DNA of 64,000 nt from Myxococcota bacterium (GCA_036012755.1 DASCPX010000087.1:32702-96701); one strand, 5' to 3'; positions 1-10,207 are shown, counted from the first letter of the stretch. Numbers and translations: made by a program. The notes: generated by a model from the letters alone, not told the origin.

Positions 1-2060
1 ACGCTGCAGGAGATGGACTTGCCCCCGGAGACACCCTGGACGTTCACCGGCGGCCCGTAGGACTTGATGGTCATCTTGCAGCCGGTGCCGACGTTCGTGA
101 GCGTCGCAGTGTTGCCTACGACGTTGGCGCGCTGGGAGCCGCTGGGGCAGCTGACCTGCACCTGGGTCGCGTCGATGCCGCTGATCTTCACGATGAGCGT
201 GCCGCCTGGGACCTTCGGAACTGAGGAGCCACCGCCGCCGCTGCTCGAGGATCCGGAGCCCGGGTTGCGATTGGTCGTGTTGGAGGTCGGCTTGCGCTCC
301 GGTTGCTCCTCCAAGGGCTCGTCACTGTCGACAGCCGCGGCGCCGTCTGATGCCTTCGACGATCCGTTCGTCCCCTTGGCGACGTCGGCATCGGCCGCCG
401 CGTTGTCGGCGACCTCTGCGGGATCCGTGTTCTCCCAGGGCCGGAGCCAGACCGCCGCGAAGACCGAGACGCCGACGAGCAGCATCATCGCCAACAGGAT
501 GGCGAAGACGCGGTTGGACTGGGTGCGGGCGCCGGCGTCGGCGGGGGGGGGCTCACCGGGGCCGCCGCCGACCTGGAAGGGCGTCGCGGCCTTGCCGGAC
601 TCGTAGCTGGCGACCGGGCCCTTGCCCGGCTGGCCTGCGACCGGACCGCGGATCCCACCAGGAGCCTGGGCGACCGGGCCCTGGGCGATGGGTGCACCGG
701 GCCCCTGGGCGATGGGCCCCGGGGGAGGCGCCGCAGGAGGTGAAGCGGTCGGACGGCTGTCCTTTGGCGCCGGGATGGCGAAGAAGGCGGTCGCGCTGGG
801 ATCCGCCTCGACGTCGGCTTCTTCCGAGTCCTCTCGAAGGGGGACCATCTCGAGCATCCCGGTCTCGTCCGGGCTGCGCGAGCCCACCTCCCGGACCCTG
901 GGCTTCCGGGCACCGGCGGGCTCCCATGGGGAAGCCTCCGGCTCCGGGGCGCCACGCTTGTCTGGCTCCTTCCGCCCGGTCGAGGGTTTCTCCGACTGCT
1001 TGCGGGCCTCTGCCTCGCGAGCCATGGACGCGCGCAGGCGCTCCTCCATCGACATGCGACGACGGCGCTGGTTGCCGGACGAGTAGGGCGCACGCCCGAC
1101 GGCCCCGTCGAGGGTGGGTGGATCGGCGAGGTCGTAGATCGAACCGTAGAAGAACTCGGCGAACTCGGCGAGGTAGGAGCCCCTGTCGCGGTAGAGCTGC
1201 TGGCGCAGATCGACCAACAGATCCTGGCCGTTGCGGTAGCGGCCGTCGGGGTTGGCCTGCAGAAGCTTTGCGATGATGGGGCCGACCCCGGGCAGCTTCG
1301 CCTCGAGCTCCTGGCACTGGTCCTGGAGCGCGCCGCGCTCGATGTCGTCGAAGATGTCCCCGAGGGGATCGTGGCTGTCCTCCGCGAGGCGGTAGGCCGC
1401 CTTGTTCATGAACAGCTCGTAGGCGATGAGCCCGAGGCTGAACAGATCCGTGCGGTGGTCGACACCGTCGCCGCTGGCCTGCTCGGGCGCCATGTAGATC
1501 GGCGTGCCCTTGATGCGGTCGCCGGCTTCGCGAGCGTACTCGTCGTTGTCGACCCGCGCGAGGCCGAAGTCGAGGATCTTCACCTCGCCCGAGCGCGTCA
1601 GCATGATGTTCTCGGGCTTCAGATCCCGGTGGACGAGGTTGAGAGACTCGCCGTTGTCGCTGGGGGTCGTGAAGGCCTGGTACAGCGCGTCCGCGAGCTC
1701 GCAGATCATCTCGACGGCGGCCTCTGTGAAGACCTGCTCGCGGGCCCGCGCGCACTCGTCGAGCACCTGGCGGAGCGTGATGCCGTGCACGTACTCCATG
1801 ACGACCGCGTCGTCGTCCTGGAGGTACTCGAAGACGCGGACGATGCCGCGGTGCTTGACCTCGTCGAGGAGCGCGAACTCCTGGAGCAGGGCGTCGCGGT
1901 TGTGCTCGTTGGTCTCCTTGAGCTTCTTGATCGCGACGAGCCGCCGCTTGCCAGAGCTGATGCCCCGGCCCGGGACCTCGCCGACCGCGACGTAGACGGT
2001 GCCGTACTGACCGGAGCCGAGCTCGCGGAGGATTTCGTAGTTGCGTATGTGGCGAGGCAT
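1..2060 (-). CDS. Membrane-anchored Ser/Thr (Hanks-type) protein kinase, 3' end beyond the window
   Basis: Translated manually from ATG at 2060: LGSGQYGTVY, VAIKKL, VHRDLKPENI, DFG, GTPIYMAPEQ, then a Pro-rich linker and a TM segment (VFAILLAMMLLVGVSVFAAVWL, ~450-510). Absent from the ORF track because no stop lies within the window. Confidence 0.92.
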   Translation of the reverse strand, partial: MPRHIRNYEILRELGSGQYGTVYVAVGEVPGRGISSGKRRLVAIKKLKETNEHNRDALLQEFALLDEVKHRGIVRVFEYLQDDDAVVMEYVHGITLRQVLDECARAREQVFTEAAVEMICELADALYQAFTTPSDNGESLNLVHRDLKPENIMLTRSGEVKILDFGLARVDNDEYAREAGDRIKGTPIYMAPEQASGDGVDHRTDLFSLGLIAYELFMNKAAYRLAEDSHDPLGDIFDDIERGALQDQCQELEAKLPGVGPIIAKLLQANPDGRYRNGQDLLVDLRQQLYRDRGSYLAEFAEFFYGSIYDLADPPTLDGAVGRAPYSSGNQRRRRMSMEERLRASMAREAEARKQSEKPSTGRKEPDKRGAPEPEASPWEPAGARKPRVREVGSRSPDETGMLEMVPLREDSEEADVEADPSATAFFAIPAPKDSRPTASPPAAPPPGPIAQGPGAPIAQGPVAQAPGGIRGPVAGQPGKGPVASYESGKAATPFQVGGGPGEPPPADAGARTQSNRVFAILLAMMLLVGVSVFAAVWLRPWENTDPAEVADNAAADADVAKGTNGSSKASDGAAAVDSDEPLEEQPERKPTSNTTNRNPGSGSSSSGGGGSSVPKVPGGTLIVKISGIDATQVQVSCPSGSQRANVVGNTATLTNVGTGCKMTIKSYGPPVNVQGVSGGKSISCS

Positions 2061-2082
2061 TGCAGCGGGAGTGTACTCCGGT

Positions 2083-3585
2083 CTACTCTTCCGGCCTCGG
2101 TGGTGTTTCAGGGCGCTTGGGTGGGCGCGCCACGCGCGCAGCGGGATTGACCCGCCCGAAGGCCACGCGACGGATGTTGTAGAGCGCCGCGCCGAGGAAT
2201 GACAGGCCCACCAGCAGACCCAAAGACGGCATCATGAACGCCGCCGATTGGCGGAAGGGGACCGGCTGGGCCCATCCCTCCGAGTCGATCTCAGCAGGGG
2301 GACCATCGAACCAGGCGCTCGGGTAGAGCGTGATCGCCGACTCCGCCTGGCTGAAGTCCTTGAGCCGGATCTTCGTGTCGAAGCTGCGCCTGAGGTAGGC
2401 GACGTCGAGCTGGTAGCGCACCTCGAACCAGTCGTACCGCACGGCGGCGGCGTCCCTGAAGGCCTCGCCGAGTCCCCGCGAGTCGCGTCGGGTGTAGGCC
2501 GAGCCGCCGCCCTGCCGAGCGATCCAGACCAGCGAGGCGTTGTCGATCGCGAAGCGCTCCAGGTCCCCGTCGATCTTGCGCTTGGCGAACTTGCCGCAGA
2601 CATCCGAGGGCTGGACCTCCACTCGACCGGTCTGGGCCGCCTCGCGCACCTTCCTGTTGGCCAACAGCGGCGTGCCGAGGCCGACGGTGTAGATGGTCGG
2701 GCGCTGGGAGATGTCGGTCTTGTCGACGTCTCGCAGCTCCTTGAGGCTCTCGAGCAGGTTGGTCAACCTGCGGGCGTTGCCCCCGCAGGTGTCACTGGAG
2801 CTCAAGTTGTTGAAGCCGTCCGTGAGCACGATGATGGTCGGCGTGGCTTCGTAGCGGGCCATGAAGCGGGCCACCGCCGGGTCCGCGCTCAGCTCGCTCG
2901 CGGCGTAGCCGACGGCGTCGTAGAGGTGGGTGTAGCCACCGCGAACGCCCAGGTGCTTCTTCACCCGATTGCGGTACTTCTTGGGCTCCAGGATGACCTC
3001 GATCTCGTCACTCCCGACGGGGGTCGGTCTCCCGTTCGTGAAGCTCAGGAGCACGACCCCGGTCTCGACGCCCTCGCGGAAGAAGGCGTCGACGACCTCG
3101 TCGAGGAGCAAGGCTTCGCGGACCCGCTCGATCCTGGGCACCCCAGAGGACTGGAACATGCTCGTGTCGGTCTGGTTCATCGAGGAGGAGCCGTCGATCA
3201 ACAGGACGTAGAGCTGGGCGTTGCGGTTCGGGCCGTGGGGGATGACCTCGACCCGCTCGACGCCTTCGTCTGGCCGCACGCGTCCGCCCGAGTGGTAGAC
3301 CTCGATGTTCTCCCGAGTCAGCGGCAGCGGGTAGGCGACGTCGTCCCCCTCGAGCTGGAACTGGACGCCGATGCGCACCTGGCCGCTGGCGCGGTCGACA
3401 TACGGCGTGCAGTACTTCATGTCCTCTTGGCGAACCCAGGCCGCCTCGCAGTCGAGCTCGTCGCGGAAGACGAGCATGTCCATCTCGGTGCCCTCGGTCA
3501 TCTCGACGGCGCCGACACGGAGCGTCGTGCCAGGGACCGGGTCCGAGGGCGCCGAGCAGGCCAAGGCCAACAGCAGCCCGAGCAC
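2083..3585 (-). CDS. vWA domain-containing exported/lipoprotein with C-terminal TM anchor
   Basis: MIDAS motif LIDGSSSM, T in GGYTHLYDA, IIVLTDG, IYTVGLG; N-terminal LALAC lipobox-like; C-terminal hydrophobic helix. Confidence 0.85.
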   Translation of the reverse strand: MLGLLLALACSAPSDPVPGTTLRVGAVEMTEGTEMDMLVFRDELDCEAAWVRQEDMKYCTPYVDRASGQVRIGVQFQLEGDDVAYPLPLTRENIEVYHSGGRVRPDEGVERVEVIPHGPNRNAQLYVLLIDGSSSMNQTDTSMFQSSGVPRIERVREALLLDEVVDAFFREGVETGVVLLSFTNGRPTPVGSDEIEVILEPKKYRNRVKKHLGVRGGYTHLYDAVGYAASELSADPAVARFMARYEATPTIIVLTDGFNNLSSSDTCGGNARRLTNLLESLKELRDVDKTDISQRPTIYTVGLGTPLLANRKVREAAQTGRVEVQPSDVCGKFAKRKIDGDLERFAIDNASLVWIARQGGGSAYTRRDSRGLGEAFRDAAAVRYDWFEVRYQLDVAYLRRSFDTKIRLKDFSQAESAITLYPSAWFDGPPAEIDSEGWAQPVPFRQSAAFMMPSLGLLVGLSFLGAALYNIRRVAFGRVNPAARVARPPKRPETPPRPEE

Positions 3586-4584
3586 CTACTTCTCCTCGCG
3601 CGGGAGCATCAGGAACTCGAGCTCGACCTGGGCTTCGCCCTCGCCCAGCACGATGCGATCGCCGGGTTTGAGGCGGGTCTCCAGCGGCGCCGGACGGCGC
3701 GGGTCGTAGCGGATGTCGATGCTCTCGAGGAAGCGCTTCACCTTGACGGGGTGGAGCGTCAGCCCGCGGGCCTTGTAGTTCTGGTCGTCGTCCACGACCA
3801 CGCTGGCGTGGAGCTCGAGCACCCCTTCCTGGACAGGCATCCACATGTCGAGGCCGCGGGGGAAGTGACCCACGAAGCGCTCCTTGTAGGAGCGATCCAG
3901 GGCGTCCACCGGTATTCGATGGGAGTAGCGGCTCCCCTTCAGCACGCGCAGCCAGCCTGCATAGAGCTCGTTGGGGATGCCCCAGCACAAGAGGCCAAAA
4001 GCGCCACCGAGCGCCGCCGCGCCGAGGGCGCCCGCGAAGTAGAGATCGTAGAAGGCCGTGAAGTTGCAGAGGTGCCAGACGGCGGCCCCGGCGAGCCCGC
4101 ATGCCAGGCCTGCGATCAGGTGGTCGAGCAAATATGCGCCCTTTCGCACGATGAGCGGCCCGATCGCGGCGGAGAGCCCGGCCATCGCGAAGACCCCGAT
4201 GCGGTACCGAAGGCTGATCAGCGAGGCGTCGCCGTAGTCCGCCGCGGCCTCCTCGGGGAAGAGCATGGGCAGGGTGAGGTTGTGCCAGGCGAGGAACCAG
4301 ACACCGGTGAGCCCCCCGCTGATGCCTGCTGACAAGAGCGTCCGGGACACCCGCCAGAGAGGGTGAAAGCGCCGCAGGGTGCCCTCCGCGAGGGTGGACG
4401 AGCCCGCGGTGAAGGCCACGACGACCACCAGGAAGATGAGCCCGTCGAAGTCGATCGACCAGAAGGGTCCGAAGAGCACGACCCAGGACAGACACAGCCA
4501 CCAGCCCAGGAGCGCAGCGGCCCCGGTGAACAGGGCGACCTGGAAGTGCCGAAGCCACGTGTAGGGCACCAGGAAGATGTTCAC
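3586..4584 (-). CDS. Multi-pass membrane protein with C-terminal FHA-like domain
   Basis: About 6 hydrophobic helices, then a beta-rich domain ending LKPGDRIVLG (FHA-like C-terminus). GTG at 4584 follows a GAGG; the track start 4632 overlaps the divergent gene. Confidence 0.7.
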   Translation of the reverse strand: MNIFLVPYTWLRHFQVALFTGAAALLGWWLCLSWVVLFGPFWSIDFDGLIFLVVVVAFTAGSSTLAEGTLRRFHPLWRVSRTLLSAGISGGLTGVWFLAWHNLTLPMLFPEEAAADYGDASLISLRYRIGVFAMAGLSAAIGPLIVRKGAYLLDHLIAGLACGLAGAAVWHLCNFTAFYDLYFAGALGAAALGGAFGLLCWGIPNELYAGWLRVLKGSRYSHRIPVDALDRSYKERFVGHFPRGLDMWMPVQEGVLELHASVVVDDDQNYKARGLTLHPVKVKRFLESIDIRYDPRRPAPLETRLKPGDRIVLGEGEAQVELEFLMLPREEK

Positions 4585-4625
4585 GCTGAGCCCTCGCTGG
4601 CTCGGGACGATAGCATCGGGTCGCA

Positions 4626-6272
4626 ATGGCATCGGACCTCGCCCTATACCTCCGGCTGACCCAGGAGTTCGGCGGAACCAGGTTCGGCCCCTTCGAGGGC
4701 AGCGAGGTCCGGCTCGGCGCCGACGGGGACCGCTGCGACATCGTCCTGCCAGAGGCGCTCGGCGTCATCTCGGTGCACGTCAAGATCATCAGGCAGTCCG
4801 ACGACAACCTGATCATCGCCCCGGTCGATCGGACCGCCGCGGTCTTCGTCTGGGCCGGAGGCAGCCAGCGTCCCAAGCAGGTCACGACGCCGGTCGCGGT
4901 GCGGCACAACGATCGCTTCGCGCTGGTGACGGCCAGCGGACCTTGCTTCATCGTCGAGATCGACGAGCTGCCAGAGGAGATCAAGGAACAGCGGAAGAAG
5001 TCCCGCGGCCGGCGCTCGCGCCTGTCCAAGGAGGGCTTCAAGCAGGAAGGAAAGCGCCAGGTCTGGATGCGTCTGTTGACGACCTGGCCCGGCCAGATGG
5101 CGCAGCGGGCGTACACCTACGTCAAGAGCGGGGCCATCTTCATGCCCCGCAACATCATCATGATCGTGGGCATCTGCGGTGGCTACGTCTTCGGCGGCGT
5201 CCAGAGCTGCCGCATGGGAGGGGTCGAGGAGAACCTGGACTTCGCCGAGGTCGAACTCGGCGAGTGCAACGACCGGGCCGAGGCCGCAGAGAACCTGGGG
5301 CGGGAGAGCGACGAGGCGACCTTCACCGATCTGGTCGGCAAGATCACCATCGACGCGAAGCTCGCCGCCGCGCTCGAGAAGGACAAGAAGCTACGAGCCG
5401 CCGTCAAGGAGCGCACCATCGTCGTGCTCGAGCGGCAGAGCGACTACGAGTGGCTGATCAACCCGAAGAGCGGGCGGGCCCAGGCGGCCTCCTTCGCCAC
5501 CTACCGGGAGAAGCTCCTGGCCGACAGCGACATCGAGACCGAGACCGCCCACCTGCTGGCGTGGACCGCGGCGATCCCGAACGCGCCGAGCCTGAAGGGC
5601 TTCAGCGTCGTGCTCGACAGCAACGGAGACCAGGTCTGCGGGCGGGGTCCGGCGGCGATGACCTGGCGGCAGGCCAACAACCTGGCGATCGGGGCTCAAC
5701 TGGACGCCCTCGTCGGCGATCCCGAGCCGCTGCAGGAGTCCCGAGAGAAGCGCGAAGCGGCGCTCAAGGCCACGGCGGAGGCAGGGGGCGAGGACGAGTG
5801 GGAGTTCGAGGGCGACGTAGAGGCCAACTTCGCCAACATCCGGCAGGGCAACAAGACCTGCATGTACATCGACGGCACCGACCAGCGAGACAGCATCAGC
5901 ACGCTGGTGTCGAAGCTCGGAAACGAGCTCGGCAGCGACGGGGACTACCTGCCCACGACGGCGGAGAACCACCACGCGGTGGCCGCGGTGGCCAAGCTCT
6001 ACGCCGCCGATCTCTCGGACGTGGACATGCGCGACAAGAAGTCGGGCTTCGACCTGACCAGCGTGCCCAGCGTCTCGCTGGACCCCTACCAGGGCAAGGA
6101 CTGGGTACTCAAGCAGACCGCGGAGGTCATCGCCAGGGCGGCGATGCTGCCCTGCATCGCGGTGCTCAAGTACCAGGACAACGCAGAGGTGAAGAACGTG
6201 CTCGGCGACGAGCTACCGAACTCGACGGACTGCCTGGTCCTGGAGTGGAAGCTCAGGAATGACGCTTTCTAG
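4626..6272 (+). CDS. FHA domain-containing bitopic membrane protein
   Basis: N-terminal VRLGADGDRCDIVL...VHVKI...VRHNDRFAL resembles FHA; one TM (IIMIVGICGGYVFGG); large C-terminal region of unknown function. Confidence 0.7.
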   Translation: MASDLALYLRLTQEFGGTRFGPFEGSEVRLGADGDRCDIVLPEALGVISVHVKIIRQSDDNLIIAPVDRTAAVFVWAGGSQRPKQVTTPVAVRHNDRFALVTASGPCFIVEIDELPEEIKEQRKKSRGRRSRLSKEGFKQEGKRQVWMRLLTTWPGQMAQRAYTYVKSGAIFMPRNIIMIVGICGGYVFGGVQSCRMGGVEENLDFAEVELGECNDRAEAAENLGRESDEATFTDLVGKITIDAKLAAALEKDKKLRAAVKERTIVVLERQSDYEWLINPKSGRAQAASFATYREKLLADSDIETETAHLLAWTAAIPNAPSLKGFSVVLDSNGDQVCGRGPAAMTWRQANNLAIGAQLDALVGDPEPLQESREKREAALKATAEAGGEDEWEFEGDVEANFANIRQGNKTCMYIDGTDQRDSISTLVSKLGNELGSDGDYLPTTAENHHAVAAVAKLYAADLSDVDMRDKKSGFDLTSVPSVSLDPYQGKDWVLKQTAEVIARAAMLPCIAVLKYQDNAEVKNVLGDELPNSTDCLVLEWKLRNDAF

Positions 6273-6373
6273 TTCTCTCCGGCCCCCCTGGTAGGAAACG
6301 AGTGCCCCAGCGCCGCGCCGCGCCGCGCCGAAGGCGCCGGTGGAAGGCGCGTCGCGACTTCTGCCGAGGGGCG

Positions 6374-6739
6374 CTAGTCCCTGCGCCTGGCCGCGGCGGC
6401 GGCGAGCAGGATGGCGCCAAGGCCAAGCGGAGCAAGGCCGGTGGCGCAGCCGCAGCCGCCCCCTTCTCCAGCCAGCTCTGCGGCGCCCGCGCCGCTGACC
6501 ACGCCGGAGTCGCCGGAGTCGCTGTCTTCGCCCTCGCTGTCATCCGTGTCGCCGCTGTCGGTGTCACCGGTGTCGGTGTCACCGGTGTCGGTGTCGCCGC
6601 TGTCGGTGTCGCCGCTGTCGGTGTCCCCAGTGTCGGTGTCGCCGGTGTCGGTGTCGGTGTCGCCGGTGTCGTCCGGGGCCAGCCCGGTGTCGTCAGCGTG
6701 AACGGGGGCGGCGAGGAGCCACGAGAGCAGGAGAATCAC
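6374..6739 (-). CDS. Small exported acidic-repeat protein with MYXO-CTERM-like sorting tail
   Basis: Signal peptide (..APVHA-DD), DTGDT/DSGDT repeats, tail GGGCGCATG + hydrophobic stretch + RRRD; GTG start after GGAGG. Confidence 0.75.
   Translation of the reverse strand: MILLLSWLLAAPVHADDTGLAPDDTGDTDTDTGDTDTGDTDSGDTDSGDTDTGDTDTGDTDSGDTDDSEGEDSDSGDSGVVSGAGAAELAGEGGGCGCATGLAPLGLGAILLAAAAARRRD
6545..6675. repeat. Imperfect 15-bp coding tandem repeat (DTGDT/DSGDT)
   Basis: gtgtcgccgctgtcg / gtgtcaccggtgtcg units seen directly. Confidence 0.85.
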
Positions 6740-6829
6740 GGTCGCCTCCACAGCGCAGGCGCAGTGTATCCGTCTGCGATGGCACGCCACATTGGGCCGG
6801 GATAGACCCGGCGGGTTTCTCGGAGATTA

Positions 6830-7621
6830 ATGATGGCCACGAAGCCGCCTACCATCGCCAGTCTTGTCCGTACCGCGACGAAGTCGCAGAAGTTGTATGT
6901 CGAAAACACTTCGTACATCCTCATCGAGGACGACAAGGACCGAATCGTCGAGTACTTCACTCGCTTGAGCCTTCCTCGCGAATGGACCAACCCAGAGGAC
7001 ACCGCCGAGTGGGCCCAAGAGGCCATCGACAACGTCAAGGACTTCGCCTTCGAGCTGGCCCTGATGGACGGGATGACCAAGTACCTCGAGCGCAACCTGC
7101 GCAAGATCAAGTGGCACATCAGCCACCCCGGAGAGCCGGACGCCGCCGCGAGCGCGGGGGCTGTCTACCTGATCTTCGAGGCCCAGGGCGAGTTCGCAGC
7201 CTTCCGGATCCGCCGCCTCATGAACATCATGCGGAACACCGAGACGCTGTCGGCCCTGGAGTGGGGTACCGCCAGGGAGCTCCTCAACCGCTGCTACCGG
7301 GACTACCGCAGCTCCGTTCAGCTGGTCACGATGCGCTACCTCGAGGCCCTGCTCGGCGCAGCAGATCCGGCGGACGCAATCGCTGCGCTCCAGGGCTACC
7401 CGCAGCTGATGCGCAAGCACACGGAGATCCTCGAGGGCCTCCGCACAGAGGTCGAGGAGATCCGCCAGACCCTCGCCGTCCAGCCTGACGGCTACCCGCT
7501 GGTGAGCCCGCCCCGCTACTTCGGCGGTGACCTGCTCGACGCCACCTCGTGGAAGCACTTCTGGGGCGACGTCGGCACGATGTCGGACTCCCTGCGCCAG
7601 CACGTCGGACTCGGCATCTGA
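6830..7621 (+). CDS. Hypothetical cytoplasmic protein
   Basis: 263-aa ORF with natural composition, GGAG upstream, GC3-rich codons; no recognised motif. Confidence 0.75.
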   Translation: MMATKPPTIASLVRTATKSQKLYVENTSYILIEDDKDRIVEYFTRLSLPREWTNPEDTAEWAQEAIDNVKDFAFELALMDGMTKYLERNLRKIKWHISHPGEPDAAASAGAVYLIFEAQGEFAAFRIRRLMNIMRNTETLSALEWGTARELLNRCYRDYRSSVQLVTMRYLEALLGAADPADAIAALQGYPQLMRKHTEILEGLRTEVEEIRQTLAVQPDGYPLVSPPRYFGGDLLDATSWKHFWGDVGTMSDSLRQHVGLGI

Positions 7622-7653
7622 ACGTAGGTCGGGGCGAGCCCGCGACCCCCGGT

Positions 7654-8322
7654 TCAGACCCCGCGGTCCTCTGGGTCCCAGATGACCTTGTGGATCTGCA
7701 GACCCAGCCGAGCCGGGACGCCTGATGACAGCAGCCACTCCACCAACGTGGCGGGCTCCAGGGCACCCCAGACAGGCGAGAACAGCACGGCGGTGACTCG
7801 CTGACCGAGGTCATGAGCTCGCACGAAAGCGACCGCCCAGTCGAAGTCGCGGCGAGAAGCCAGGACGAACTTCACCTCGTCGTGGGGCCGCAGGCGCGGG
7901 ATGTTCCCGAGATCGTTGCTGTCGGCCTCGCCGCTGTCCGGCGCCTTCAGATCCAGGATGACGCGGACCTCGGCCGGGACGCCCTCGGTGGAGATCGAGC
8001 CGCTGGTCTCCAGGAGCACCTCGGCCCCTCGATCGACGAGCCGCTGCAAGAGGACGAGGCACTGGCGCTGGAGCAGCGGCTCGCCGCCAGTGACCTCGAC
8101 CAGCCCGATGCCGTGGGACAGAGCCTCGTCCACCACCGCGTCGATCGAGCGACGCTCGCCACCGGTGAAAGTGAAGGCCGAGTCGCACCAGCTGCAGCGG
8201 AGGTTGCAGCCGGTCAGGCGGACGAAGACGCATGGCCGACCCGCGTGAGTGCTCTCGCCCTGCACCGAGGTGTAGATCTCGCTGACGCGAAGGCGCTCGT
8301 CGATGGGGATCTCGTCAGGCAT
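7654..8322 (-). CDS. queE: 7-carboxy-7-deazaguanine synthase (radical SAM)
   Basis: EIYTSVQGES..GRPCVFVRLTGCNLRCSWCDS, VTGGEPLLQ, LETSG, LQIHKVIW. The real start is at 8322; the rest of the track ORF is antisense to fumC. Confidence 0.92.
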   Translation of the reverse strand: MPDEIPIDERLRVSEIYTSVQGESTHAGRPCVFVRLTGCNLRCSWCDSAFTFTGGERRSIDAVVDEALSHGIGLVEVTGGEPLLQRQCLVLLQRLVDRGAEVLLETSGSISTEGVPAEVRVILDLKAPDSGEADSNDLGNIPRLRPHDEVKFVLASRRDFDWAVAFVRAHDLGQRVTAVLFSPVWGALEPATLVEWLLSSGVPARLGLQIHKVIWDPEDRGV

Positions 8323-8355
8323 CGAAGTTACTTGGAGGCCCCCACTGGAGGCGTG

Positions 8356-9750
8356 ATGTCGTTTCGGATCGAGAAGGACTCCCTCGGCGAGGTCCAGGTC
8401 CCGTCCAGCGCCTACTATGGTGCCCAGACCCAGCGAGCCGTCGACAACTTCCCCATCAGCGGGCGCCCCTTCCCGCCGCGCTTCATCCGCAGCCTCGGGA
8501 TCGTCAAGCGGGCCTGCTGCGAAGCCAACGAGGAGCTCGGCCGCGTCGAGGTCGACAAGGCCGAGTGGATCGCCGCCGCCGCGCAGGAGGTCATCGACAA
8601 CAAGCTCGACGACCACTTCCCGATCGACGTCTTCCAGACCGGCTCGGGGACCTCGACGAACATGAACGCCAACGAGGTCATCAGCAATCGCGCCATCGAG
8701 CTGATGGGGGGCGAGCTCGGCTCGAAGGTGCCGGTCCACCCCAACGACCACGTCAACATGGGCCAGAGCTCCAACGACGTCATCCCGACCGCCATCCACG
8801 TCGCCGGCGCCACGGCCATCCACGAGGACCTCGCCCCCGCCCTGAAGCACCTGCAGAGGGCGCTGGCGGAAAAAGCCGAGGCCTGGGACCACATCGTCAA
8901 GTCGGGCCGGACCCACCTCATGGACGCCACGCCGATCCGGCTGGGCCAGGAGTTCTCCGGCTACGCGGAGCAGGCCGCCAAGGCCGTGGTGCGTGCCGAG
9001 AAGGCCAAGAAGGCACTCTACGAGCTGGCCCTGGGCGGAACGGCCGTCGGCACGGGCATCAACCGCCCGCCGAGCTTCCCGCGCCTGGCCATCGAGCGCA
9101 TCGCCGCAGACACGGGCCTGCCCTTCATCGAGGCCCGCAACCACTTCGAGGCCCAGGGAGCTCGCGACGGGGTGGTCGAGGCCCACGGTCAGCTGAAGAC
9201 CATCGCGGCGTCGTTGACCAAGATCGCCAACGACATCCGCTGGCTCGGCAGCGGCCCCCGCACCGGCTTCTACGAGATCGCCCTGCCCTCGGTCCAGCCC
9301 GGCTCGAGCATCATGCCGGGCAAGGTCAACCCCGTGATGAGCGAGATGCTGACCATGGTCTGCGCCCAGGTGATGGGCAACGACGTGGCGGTGAATATCG
9401 GCGGCGCCAGCGGCAACTTCGAGCTCAACGTCTACCTGCCGCTGATGGCGATGAACCTGCTGGACTCGGTGCGGCTGCTGGCCAACGGCGCCCGGACCTA
9501 CGCGGACCGCTGCGTCGAGGGACTCGTCGCCAACGAGGACCGCTGCCGCGAGACGGTCGAGAAGAACCTGGCCATCTGTACGTCACTGGCCCCGGCCATC
9601 GGCTACGACAAGGCCGCCGCGATCTCGAAGCACGCCTTCAAGACTGGCCAGAACGTGCGGGACGTGGCCAAGGAGTGGGGGGTCCTGCCCGAGAAGGAGA
9701 TCGACCGCCTGCTGGACTTCCACGCGATGACGGTGCCCGAGTCGGAGTAG
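8356..9750 (+). CDS. fumC: Fumarate hydratase class II
   Basis: RIEKDSLG, YYGAQTQRA, QTGSGTSTNMNANEV, HPNDHVN, GRTHLMDATP, GSSIMPGKVNP. Confidence 0.95.
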   Translation: MSFRIEKDSLGEVQVPSSAYYGAQTQRAVDNFPISGRPFPPRFIRSLGIVKRACCEANEELGRVEVDKAEWIAAAAQEVIDNKLDDHFPIDVFQTGSGTSTNMNANEVISNRAIELMGGELGSKVPVHPNDHVNMGQSSNDVIPTAIHVAGATAIHEDLAPALKHLQRALAEKAEAWDHIVKSGRTHLMDATPIRLGQEFSGYAEQAAKAVVRAEKAKKALYELALGGTAVGTGINRPPSFPRLAIERIAADTGLPFIEARNHFEAQGARDGVVEAHGQLKTIAASLTKIANDIRWLGSGPRTGFYEIALPSVQPGSSIMPGKVNPVMSEMLTMVCAQVMGNDVAVNIGGASGNFELNVYLPLMAMNLLDSVRLLANGARTYADRCVEGLVANEDRCRETVEKNLAICTSLAPAIGYDKAAAISKHAFKTGQNVRDVAKEWGVLPEKEIDRLLDFHAMTVPESE

Positions 9751-9822
9751 GGCTCGGGCGCGCTGGGGCCGCCCTCCCGCGCGGAGGCCGAGCCGAGAGC
9801 GCGAGGTCGTCCCCTGCGTCGG

Positions 9823-10134
9823 TCAGTCCGCGTCATCGAAGAGCAGCGCCAGGCCCCAGGTAGAGGCAACCGTCCAGCCGATGAGCACCAGGCCATCTGC
9901 GACCGAGCGGACCCGGAACTCCGATGAGAACAAGGTGCTCCAGGGCAGCAGCAGCATCAAGCCCACGCCGACCCAGACGCCTACGAAGACGATGCACTGG
10001 CTCAGCGGGCCGAAGAAGGCGACGCCCTCGAGCACGGTCCGGGGACGCTCGAACAGCCTCGACTTCACGAGCAGCCAGGCCAGCCCGTAGACCGCCCCAG
10101 AGAACAACAAGAGGTCCAGCCAGCTCCAGCTCAT
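9823..10134 (-). CDS. Small membrane protein (possibly DUF1360-like)
   Basis: Three hydrophobic segments; LSQCIVFVGVW resembles the CxxCxxxW motif with one Cys missing. Confidence 0.55.
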   Translation of the reverse strand: MSWSWLDLLLFSGAVYGLAWLLVKSRLFERPRTVLEGVAFFGPLSQCIVFVGVWVGVGLMLLLPWSTLFSSEFRVRSVADGLVLIGWTVASTWGLALLFDDAD

Positions 10135-10207
10135 GCGGGCGCCACCCGCGCGAGTCTACAGCCGCGCTTGCAGCGCACGACCGGCCTGATCATCCAGCGT
10201 CGGTGTG

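Noticed and set aside
543..551. G9 tract in the kinase gene as a phase-variation site
   Set aside because: It encodes Pro codons in a Pro-rich linker with the frame intact; expected at this GC content.
6273..6373. GC-rich cgccg-repeat/hairpin between convergent genes, loosely similar to 9751-9822
   Set aside because: The similarity is short and low-complexity; cannot be supported as a REP element or terminator.
7654..8322. queE as part of a 7-deazaguanine DNA-modification (dpd) island
   Set aside because: No dpdA, queC, queD or folE neighbours; the context is housekeeping (fumC).
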